Positions 47,499 through 54,260 of a stretch of 54,260 nucleotides of DNA are shown in pieces; positions within the stretch are counted from its first letter, which is position 1; each line of letters starts with the position of its first letter. Where the stretch lies: positions 1 through 54,260 of the IMG/VR virus record IMGVR_UViG_3300033067_002266. One strand, 5' to 3'. Under the pieces are notes generated by a model. It was given only the letters and a program-made list of their open reading frames with translations, was not told the DNA's origin and ran no database searches. The translations under genes and the position numbers were made by a program. This DNA comes from a virus (Duplodnaviria; Caudoviricetes).

Positions 47499-47957
47499 AT
47501 GCCCTTCATTAGTACAAAGACCTATGGTCACGAGCGAGGATATGCCGTCGCCTATCGCCAATGGAGGGCCGATAGCCATTGTAAATACCTTCATGGGTAT
47601 TCTCTGGCTTTCTTTTTCGAGTTCGAAGCCGAAGATCTGGATGCCCGTAACTGGGTAGTCGACTTCGGCAGTTTGAAATCCTTCCGGGATAAATTGGACG
47701 AATGGTTTGACCACAAGGTCCTGGTGGCCGAAGATGATCCGGAATTTGGCACTTTTGAACATCTCCAGCAAATCGGGCTGTTGAAAATGACCGTGGTTGC
47801 CAGAACCGGATGCGAAGGTCTTTCCGAATTCCTTTTCCAATATCTGGACGAAATCTGGCTTCCGGAGAATGGTTATTCCCCACGGTGTAAAGTACGTAAA
47901 GTAGAAGTACGCGAAACTCCTTCCAACTCTGCCATGTATATGAGGCCAGGACTATGA
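47499..47957 (+). CDS. queD: 6-carboxy-tetrahydropterin synthase (PTPS/QueD family)
   Basis: SHCKYLHGY, WVVDFG.LK, FDH, GCE and V.V.ETP.NSA; operon context. Confidence 0.85.
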   Translation: MPFISTKTYGHERGYAVAYRQWRADSHCKYLHGYSLAFFFEFEAEDLDARNWVVDFGSLKSFRDKLDEWFDHKVLVAEDDPEFGTFEHLQQIGLLKMTVVARTGCEGLSEFLFQYLDEIWLPENGYSPRCKVRKVEVRETPSNSAMYMRPGL

Positions 47958-48889
47958 ACAAGATAAAAGTATCGCATTTCATGATAGAGTCCATGGTGCG
48001 GCATATTGCCTCCACCCTTCGCACCCATGCACTCTACGAAACTGAGAAGCCAATTCGCGTTTACGGTATCCCGCGTGGTGGGGTTTCCGTGGCCTATCTG
48101 CTTAGTAAATATACTGGCATCCTATTGGCAGAGACTCCGAATGATGCCGATATCTTTGTGGATGACATCTCTGATTCTGGAGATACCGCGCGCGAATGGA
48201 CCCTTCGCCACGGGAAGCCCGTTATCGCCCTCGTTGATAGAAGCCAGCGCGATTCTCCTTATAACGGAAAAGCCGCCAAAGACCTGTTGGATGCTGGTTG
48301 GCTGGTATTTCCTTGGGAATCCAGCGACGAGAAAGACGAAGGTATTGAAGGAAACATCAAACGGCTTCTTCAATATATTGGGGAAAATCCGGAACGTGGA
48401 GGGCTCCTGGAAACCCCGCATCGCGTGGCAAAAGCGTGGGAGCACTGGACCTCGGGCTATCGTAAGGATCCAGCCTCCATTTTGAAAGTATTCGAGGACG
48501 GTGCGGACGGGTGTGATGAAATGGTCCTGGTTAAGGATATTCCGTTCTATACCCACTGTGAACATCATATGGCGCCATTTTTTGGTACAGCTTCCGTGGC
48601 ATACATCCCGAATAATGCTATAGTAGGGTTATCCAAGATTTCCCGGGTAGTGGATATGTTTGCCAGACGCCTTCAAGTACAAGAACGGCTGACCAATCAG
48701 ATTGCCGATGCACTGGCGGATAACCTTCACCCGAAGGGTGTCGGAGTAGTCATTAAAGCGCGGCACCTGTGTATGGAATCACGTGGGATTTGCCAACAGG
48801 GGCATCAAACGGTCACCTCTGCCCTGCGCGGGGTATTAAAAGATAAACCCGAAGCTCGGGCAGAATTCATGGCTTTGATTAACAAATAA
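47954..48889 (+). CDS. folE: phosphoribosyltransferase - GTP cyclohydrolase I fusion
   Basis: N-terminal type I PRTase: GIPRGG, VDDISDSGDT, WLVFPWE. C-terminal FolE: REGL.ETP.RVAK-like, HCEHHM.PF.G, GLSK..R, RRLQVQERLT, HLCM..RG. Confidence 0.9.
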   Translation: MNKIKVSHFMIESMVRHIASTLRTHALYETEKPIRVYGIPRGGVSVAYLLSKYTGILLAETPNDADIFVDDISDSGDTAREWTLRHGKPVIALVDRSQRDSPYNGKAAKDLLDAGWLVFPWESSDEKDEGIEGNIKRLLQYIGENPERGGLLETPHRVAKAWEHWTSGYRKDPASILKVFEDGADGCDEMVLVKDIPFYTHCEHHMAPFFGTASVAYIPNNAIVGLSKISRVVDMFARRLQVQERLTNQIADALADNLHPKGVGVVIKARHLCMESRGICQQGHQTVTSALRGVLKDKPEARAEFMALINK

Positions 48890-48901
48890 GGAGAATCAAG
48901 A

Positions 48902-49036
48902 ATGTATGCTATATACCTTTTCGAAAAAGACGGCAGCCGTGTTTGGCAATGTAGTGCGGATTCTTCGGAAAATGCCCTCATGGCATTGGAAACGCTGCGC
49001 GACCATTTTCCTGCTAGCGATTTTCGGTTGGTATGA
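48902..49036 (+). CDS. 44-aa hypothetical protein, absent from the ORF track
   Basis: MYAIYLFEKDGSRVWQCSADSSENALMALETLRDHFPASDFRLV*. AGGAG RBS; ATGA overlap with dpdA. Confidence 0.65.
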   Translation: MYAIYLFEKDGSRVWQCSADSSENALMALETLRDHFPASDFRLV

Positions 49037-49944
49037 GACTTTACTGTGCTGGGATCTATACGGCTAATTTCGATATTGGTGGATCGCTTTATTTGCGGCT
49101 CACCGATGTCGAAAAGCGGCAGCGGGAAGGGGTAGATAACCTTCTGGAATCGTATCACTATATCCACAGGGATTCCTTTGTCCGGAAGATCCGAAAAGAC
49201 AAGCGGAAGGTTTTTCTTGACTCAGGGGCATTCTCCGCCTTTACGCAGGGAATCAATGTGGATCTTCCGGCGTATTGTAACTACATTAAAAAGAATCGCG
49301 ATATTATTGAAGAAGTGGACGGCGATCTTTTGGCTTCCGTTCTAGACGGCATCGGTGATCCGTTAAAGACCTGGCAAAATCAGCAGGCGATGGAATCTCT
49401 CGGGGTACGTCCGCTTCCCTGCTTCCACTATGGGGAAGATGAACGCTACCTTGAAGAATATATTAAAAACTATACCTACATTACCATCGGCGGTATGGTT
49501 CCTATCTCAACCCCACAACTATACCTTTGGCTGGATCGGATATGGGATAAATATCTTACCGACGGTTCTGGCCGGCCGCGCCTTAAAGTACACGGATTCG
49601 GCTTAACCACCGTCGGGCTCATGGAGCGATACCCATGGTATAGCGTGGACTCCAGCTCTTGGGTACAGATTGCGCGAACCGGTGGCGTGATGCTTCCACG
49701 CGGTAAGGTCGTTTCCGTTTCATCCCGCAGTCCGTCGCGCAAAGTCGCCGGACAACATCTGGATACCCTACCGGAAGAATTATCTGCCCCGATAATCGCG
49801 GAACTTGAATCTTATGGGGTCGATGTCCAACGCGCCCGGGATAACTACCTCGCTCGCTGGACATTTAATATGTGGTCCTTTAATGAAATGGGGAAGAGAA
49901 TTAACGACCACGCCTTTAAGGCAGATCAACCGCTTTTGTTCTGA
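49033..49944 (+). CDS. dpdA: DNA 7-deazaguanine transglycosylase (TGT-like DpdA)
   Basis: 303 aa, FLDSGAFS, LD.IGD, P.FH.GE, IGG.V, VHGFG and PWYSVDSSSW; follows the preQ0 synthesis genes. Confidence 0.8.
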   Translation: MRLYCAGIYTANFDIGGSLYLRLTDVEKRQREGVDNLLESYHYIHRDSFVRKIRKDKRKVFLDSGAFSAFTQGINVDLPAYCNYIKKNRDIIEEVDGDLLASVLDGIGDPLKTWQNQQAMESLGVRPLPCFHYGEDERYLEEYIKNYTYITIGGMVPISTPQLYLWLDRIWDKYLTDGSGRPRLKVHGFGLTTVGLMERYPWYSVDSSSWVQIARTGGVMLPRGKVVSVSSRSPSRKVAGQHLDTLPEELSAPIIAELESYGVDVQRARDNYLARWTFNMWSFNEMGKRINDHAFKADQPLLF

Positions 49945-49946
49945 GC

Positions 49947-50894
49947 ATGATAGAAGAACTCCGCTTTGTTCAGGGTGCCGTAGCTCGTAAAGACTTTACC
50001 CCGGCACTTACCCATTTCCATATCAAGGACGGGCGTATTCAGGGCTACAACGGGCTTCTGGCCCTAAGTTGCCCGATTGCCCTTGATATCGACGTCACCC
50101 CGCAGGCGGCGCAATTAGTTAAGGCCATCCGCGGGTGTAACGACACCGTCGCCTTATCCATGACTTCCGGGAAAAGGTTGGCGGTTAAGTCCGGACGCTT
50201 CAAAGCCTTTGTGGACTGCTTTGAAGGCGGGTTCCCAGAAATCACCCCAACCGGAGTACGGATGGAACTTCCAGAAGATTTCATGGAGGCATTAAAGGTC
50301 CTTGAACCGTTTGTAGCGGACGACGCCTCCCGCCAATGGGCAAGAGGAGTTCTTTTTCGCGGAAGCTCGGCCTATGCCACTAACAATATCGTTCTGGTCG
50401 AATACTGGATGGGAAGTGCCTTCCCAAAGGAGATGAATATTCCGCGAGAAGCTATTCGAGAGCTTTTACGTATCGGCGAAGCTCCCATTGCCTTACTAGC
50501 AGACGAGACCGCGGTTACTTTTCTTTATAAGAACGAACGTTGGATGCGTACCCAGCTCTATACAACACAGTGGCCAGACGTATCCACAATTCTAGATCAA
50601 CCAACGCAGTTATCGCCTCCGACCCTTACCGCGAAAGACGTTGAAGAGCTGCTTCCTTTTGTAGAGGATACGGGGAGGGTCTACTTCCTTGAGGACACGC
50701 TCACTACCTCTTTGGCGGATGGGGTTGGCGCGCGCCTCGAAGTTCCAGGAGTACTTAGCGGCCCAATCTTCAACGCCGAGATGCTGATAATGACCCTACA
50801 GCAAGCGTCCATGGTGGATTTTACCCGTTATCCAAAACCTTGTTTGTTCACTGGGCCTAATTTGCGTGGTGCTTTAATTGGGATGCGCGCGTGA
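49947..50894 (+). CDS. DNA polymerase III beta-clamp-like protein
   Basis: 315 aa, FVQGAVA.KD..P.L.HF, GV.F.....ATN...L, WPD...IL and G..LRG.L.GMR resemble DnaN domains; coupled to the polymerase gene. Confidence 0.65.
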   Translation: MIEELRFVQGAVARKDFTPALTHFHIKDGRIQGYNGLLALSCPIALDIDVTPQAAQLVKAIRGCNDTVALSMTSGKRLAVKSGRFKAFVDCFEGGFPEITPTGVRMELPEDFMEALKVLEPFVADDASRQWARGVLFRGSSAYATNNIVLVEYWMGSAFPKEMNIPREAIRELLRIGEAPIALLADETAVTFLYKNERWMRTQLYTTQWPDVSTILDQPTQLSPPTLTAKDVEELLPFVEDTGRVYFLEDTLTTSLADGVGARLEVPGVLSGPIFNAEMLIMTLQQASMVDFTRYPKPCLFTGPNLRGALIGMRA

Positions 50895-52900
50895 GAAACG
50901 ATGCTGTTGGGATGTTTTGGGAGGATAGCCAAGTCGATAGTACGCGTGGGCAGATAATCCGTCCGCAACCGCCAATCCCTGAAAATGGGTGGAAAGCGCC
51001 AAAGGAGTTTCCTCGCTTGGATAGCGCCCGTGTGCTGGCCCTAGACACGGAAACCTATGACCCGGAGCTCCTTACCAACGGTCCGGGGTGGGCGCGTGGT
51101 AAGGGGCATATCGTCGGCGTTTCCTTGGCGGTTCCGGATGGGCACTCCTGGTATTTTCCAGTACGGCACACCATCCAGCCGGAAACCAATATGGACCCGG
51201 AAAAGGTCTTCCGTTGGTTGCGAGACGTCTTGGGAACACCTACACCAAAGGTTGGGGCAAATCTTCTTTATGATATTGGATGGCTCTCTGAGGAAAAAGT
51301 CTCCGTCAAAGGGGGTCTTTACGACGTACAATTTGCTGAGGCTCTTTTAGCGGAGGGATCAGACGTTACCCTAAACTCCTTAGCTAAGCTATACCTCGGG
51401 ATTGGGAAGGTAACTGAAGAGGTTTATCAATGGTGCTCCGACTTCTATGGCGGGTCGCTTACTGATCAGCGAAAAAACTTATGGCGCGCACCGCCTTGTC
51501 TGGTCGGCCCATACGCCTGCGGAGATGCCGCCCTTCCTTTGGCTATTCTGGCAAAGCAATGGCCAAAACTGGAAGCTGAAGGGTTACTTCCGCTCTTTCA
51601 GATGGAAAATGATCTTATCCCATTATTAGTCGCTATGCGCCGGGAAGGGGTTAGCGTCAGCATCCCGAAAGCCGAAAAACTGCGCGATTCTTTGGCGACC
51701 CGGGCGGAAGAAGTTACACGGCGCTTACATGGCGCAGTTGGCTTTGAAGTGAATGTAAACGCCGCGGATAGCCTCGCCAAGGCCTTTGACCATATCGGCA
51801 TCCCGTATGGAAAGACCAAGAAAGGGAAGCCAAGCTTCACTAAAGATTTTCTGAACGAGGTGGAGCACCCAGTTGCTAAACTGATCGTCGATATCCGTAA
51901 GCTCGATAAACTACGCGGAACCTTTGTGGAGAGCTACATCCTTAATTCGCATGTTAATGGAAAAGTCTACGGGCAGTTTCATACCATGCGGGGGCAAGAC
52001 GGCGGAACGCGCAGCGGCCGGTTAAGTAGTTCTACTCCTAACCTGCAGAACCTTCCATCGCGCGACGAAGAACTTGCCCCGTTGGTACGCGGAATCTTTA
52101 TTCCGGATTCTGGACACCACCAATGGGTAAAGATTGACTATAGCCAAATTGAATATCGTTTTATGATTCATTACGCCATTGGTTCTGGTGCGGAAGAAGC
52201 TCGGGCGCAGTTCAATAATAACCCGGATACGGATTATCATGAATGGACACTAGATCTGGTTGCCCCGGTAGTAGGGTGGGATGTTTCAACTAAGGAACTA
52301 CGAAAGCCTAGAAGGAAGCCAATCAAGAATATTAACTTCGGTCTCATCTACGGTATGGGAATTCCAAAACTAACCAGAAGCCTTGGCCTATCCGCCGCGG
52401 AAGGAAAGAAGTTGTTTGCCGCATACCATCAAGGTATCCCCTTCGCCAAACCTACTATGGATGCTGCCATGGAAGAGGCCCAGCAGATAGGGACCATAAC
52501 CACAGTACTTGGGCGTAAATCCCGCTTTGACTTATGGGAGCCCGTCTCATGGGGAGAAGATACCGTCGCCCTTCCTTACGAAAAAGCCTTGCTATTGCAT
52601 GGGAATATCCGCCGTGCCTATACCCACAAAGCGCTTAATCGCCGCTTACAAGGATCTGCCGCTGATCTCATGAAGATGGCCATGTGGAAATGTTGGAAAG
52701 ACGGCGTTTTCGACCAGACGGGAGTTCCCCGGCTGACTGTTCACGATGAGCTTGATTTTAGCGATCCTGGTGGCAAGGAAGATTCTTTCAATGAAATGAA
52801 ACATATTATGGAAACGGCGATTCCGCTGCGTATCCCGGTTAGGGCGGACGCTGAAGTTGGTACATCGTGGGGAGACACCAAAGCAATCGCTAGATTCTAA
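50891..52900 (+). CDS. polA: DNA polymerase family A with 3'-5' exonuclease
   Basis: 669 aa. Exonuclease LDTET / NLLYD / YACGD; polymerase GRLSS..PNLQN, DYSQIEYR, KNINFGLIYG, QGSAAD, VHDEL. Confidence 0.92.
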   Translation: MRNDAVGMFWEDSQVDSTRGQIIRPQPPIPENGWKAPKEFPRLDSARVLALDTETYDPELLTNGPGWARGKGHIVGVSLAVPDGHSWYFPVRHTIQPETNMDPEKVFRWLRDVLGTPTPKVGANLLYDIGWLSEEKVSVKGGLYDVQFAEALLAEGSDVTLNSLAKLYLGIGKVTEEVYQWCSDFYGGSLTDQRKNLWRAPPCLVGPYACGDAALPLAILAKQWPKLEAEGLLPLFQMENDLIPLLVAMRREGVSVSIPKAEKLRDSLATRAEEVTRRLHGAVGFEVNVNAADSLAKAFDHIGIPYGKTKKGKPSFTKDFLNEVEHPVAKLIVDIRKLDKLRGTFVESYILNSHVNGKVYGQFHTMRGQDGGTRSGRLSSSTPNLQNLPSRDEELAPLVRGIFIPDSGHHQWVKIDYSQIEYRFMIHYAIGSGAEEARAQFNNNPDTDYHEWTLDLVAPVVGWDVSTKELRKPRRKPIKNINFGLIYGMGIPKLTRSLGLSAAEGKKLFAAYHQGIPFAKPTMDAAMEEAQQIGTITTVLGRKSRFDLWEPVSWGEDTVALPYEKALLLHGNIRRAYTHKALNRRLQGSAADLMKMAMWKCWKDGVFDQTGVPRLTVHDELDFSDPGGKEDSFNEMKHIMETAIPLRIPVRADAEVGTSWGDTKAIARF

Positions 52901-52906
52901 TAAAAG

Positions 52907-52934
52907 TTGTTTTTATCCTTTTATCTGGTAGAAT
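52907..52934 (+). promoter_or_regulatory. putative sigma70 promoter with extended -10
   Basis: TTGTTT-16 nt-TAGAAT with a TG extension (TGgTAGAAT) in the AT-rich gap after polA. Confidence 0.5.
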
Positions 52935-52960
52935 AAAGTCATCAATAACGGAGAATAAAA

Positions 52961-53197
52961 ATGTCACTTGAATACACCGACATCCACGAAGACACCTTCA
53001 CCGGCAAAGAAGTTCCGGTAATCGTCTATCTCGATTGGGAATCGCCCAAGCCCGCAACGTTGTTTTGCCAAGCCGAAGGTGGCCCGGAAGTTCTTGCGGT
53101 GGAATGCGAAGCCTTTCTTAGTGACAAAACTCGCGAGAAGTACGAAGAAAAGGCGTGTGACTGGGCTTGGCAATGCTACCACGACGGAGACCTGTGA
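52961..53197 (+). CDS. hypothetical acidic protein
   Basis: 78 aa, GGAG RBS. Confidence 0.65.
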   Translation: MSLEYTDIHEDTFTGKEVPVIVYLDWESPKPATLFCQAEGGPEVLAVECEAFLSDKTREKYEEKACDWAWQCYHDGDL

Positions 53198-53379
53198 TGC
53201 GGCTCTTTTACCGTTTCCTTCTTTGGTGGTTGTATTTCGACCAAGCTATTCTGCGGAACCAGCTCGACTCCGATCTAGATAATCCATACCGCGCCTTGCT
53301 GACCGATCAACTGGAATATGACCAACAATTGATCGATTCCATCGAATTGAAACTCAACCTTCTGGAGACCTTGGCATGA
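53197..53379 (+). CDS. hypothetical protein
   Basis: TGATG overlap with GGAG RBS, 60 aa. Confidence 0.55.
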   Translation: MRLFYRFLLWWLYFDQAILRNQLDSDLDNPYRALLTDQLEYDQQLIDSIELKLNLLETLA

Positions 53380-53621
53380 GCTTCCGAAATCGTAACTGGG
53401 AATTGTTTGGTAGTCTTCTGGCTTCGTTCTGTATTATTGCTACCATCCTCGGCGGTATTTTCTGGATTGGTTATTCCGCCGGTTACGCCGCCGCTCCGGT
53501 CGCCCCCGAAGTCCGCTGCCCAGACCCTCAACACGGAGAACGGTTGCGTTCCATGACTAACAAAGAATGCTTCTATCTTCAAGGTTACGGTCGCGCCGTT
53601 CGTAAGGGAAAAGTGGTATGA
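53376..53621 (+). CDS. hypothetical membrane protein
   Basis: 81 aa, one N-terminal TM helix, ATGA-coupled. Confidence 0.6.
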   Translation: MSFRNRNWELFGSLLASFCIIATILGGIFWIGYSAGYAAAPVAPEVRCPDPQHGERLRSMTNKECFYLQGYGRAVRKGKVV

Positions 53622-54094
53622 GCCTTGAAGACGTGAGCATGTCAAAAACCCAACACTGCCCCGGCTGCGAACAGTCGGCGCGTGAGATTGAGCGTCTGCA
53701 CGAAGAACTCGCTGACTGGCGCATTGAACACGCCCGAGTAGAGTCTCGCCTGTTTTCTGCCGAGGCTGAACTCGCCGCCCTGCAGCAGGGTGAGCCTGTA
53801 GCGTGGATGTACGCATTCATGATGCCGGAGGGCCTGAGCGAGGTTATCCCGCCTCTGATCGTAAGCAAGCGGTCCATAAACTGCCCAAAAGAATTCAAGG
53901 AGTTCCCGCTTTACCCGCACTCAACACCTCCCGGCTATCAGTTGGTGCCAATTGAACAGGGCGAGCAGTTCAAAAAACTGATCGACGCCGTAGAACAGAA
54001 GTTTCCAAACGAATCGCGCTTTGAAACTGCGCTTCGATACATCCGCGAATCAGCGGTCGAAAGAAAGCCTGTCGCCGCCGTTAAGGAGAAATAA
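53618..54094 (+). CDS. hypothetical phage protein
   Basis: 158 aa, EPVAW, PLY and V..KFP.ESR.ETALRYI motifs; ATGA-coupled. Confidence 0.65.
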   Translation: MSLEDVSMSKTQHCPGCEQSAREIERLHEELADWRIEHARVESRLFSAEAELAALQQGEPVAWMYAFMMPEGLSEVIPPLIVSKRSINCPKEFKEFPLYPHSTPPGYQLVPIEQGEQFKKLIDAVEQKFPNESRFETALRYIRESAVERKPVAAVKEK

Positions 54095-54260
54095 ATGATA
54101 ACTATCAAACATATATATTCAGACGCAACTCTCTGCGAATTCGACGTAACGACGGTAAGAGAAGCGGCAGAAAAGGGTAAAGCCAATCTGGACGGAGCCA
54201 ATCTGTACGGAGCCAATCTGAGCGGGGCCAATCTGAGCGGGGCCAATCTGGACGGAGCCA
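54095..54260 (+). CDS. pentapeptide-repeat protein, 3'-truncated by the window edge
   Basis: AAGGAG RBS; MITIKHIYSDATLCEFDVTTVREAAEKGK-ANLDG-ANLYG-ANLSG-ANLSG-ANLDG-A. Confidence 0.8.
   Translation, partial: MITIKHIYSDATLCEFDVTTVREAAEKGKANLDGANLYGANLSGANLSGANLDGA
54182..54260 (+). repeat. 15-bp tandem repeat gccaatctgNNcgg[ag], at least 5 copies
   Basis: Seen directly; encodes the ANLxG pentapeptides. Confidence 0.9.

Noticed and set aside
46026-49944. que genes as a tRNA queuosine pathway
   Set aside because: No queF, queA or tRNA genes are seen, and the TGT-like protein shows DpdA-type motifs in a replication operon.
54182-54260. 15-bp repeats as a CRISPR array or iterons
   Set aside because: The units are tandem with no spacers and encode in-frame pentapeptides.
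1-54260. Prophage, integrase or diversity-generating retroelement
   Set aside because: No integrase, att-like host junction, host genes, reverse transcriptase or TR/VR pair was recognised. The unseen remainder of the genome cannot be judged.

Overview
The window is most of a dsDNA tailed-phage genome, probably podovirus-like with a P22-type portal and tail, and probably infecting a proteobacterium. It is cut inside genes at both ends, and I see no integrase, tRNA or CRISPR array. The minus strand (734-38507) carries ejection proteins, tail genes, a lysis cassette, a tail fibre, a Mu-gpT-type major capsid protein, scaffold, GroES, a large adhesin-like gene, portal, a GNAT+PcfJ polyvalent protein, both terminase subunits, three paralogous small proteins, a resolvase-like nuclease, an AT-rich origin candidate, a primase-helicase and an HTH regulator. 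The plus strand (38620-54260, continuing at 1-715) carries early genes, recombination and replication genes (Sak4-like ATPase, DUF669 SSB, Cas4-like exonuclease, RadD-like helicase), a 7-deazaguanine DNA-modification operon (queE, queC, queD, PRTase-folE fusion, dpdA), a beta-clamp-like gene and a family A DNA polymerase. The best leads are three. First, the deazaguanine operon is atypical: QueC has lost its four Zn cysteines, QueD has altered His ligands, and a PRTase is fused to FolE. Second, a [MY]xxGGx[VLI] motif recurs in three unrelated morphogenesis-region proteins and may be a cargo-packaging or processing signal. Third, a small Cys-rich protein ends in the SSB-tail motif DDIPF next to a RadD-like helicase. 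All functional calls come from reading motifs by eye; no database search was run.
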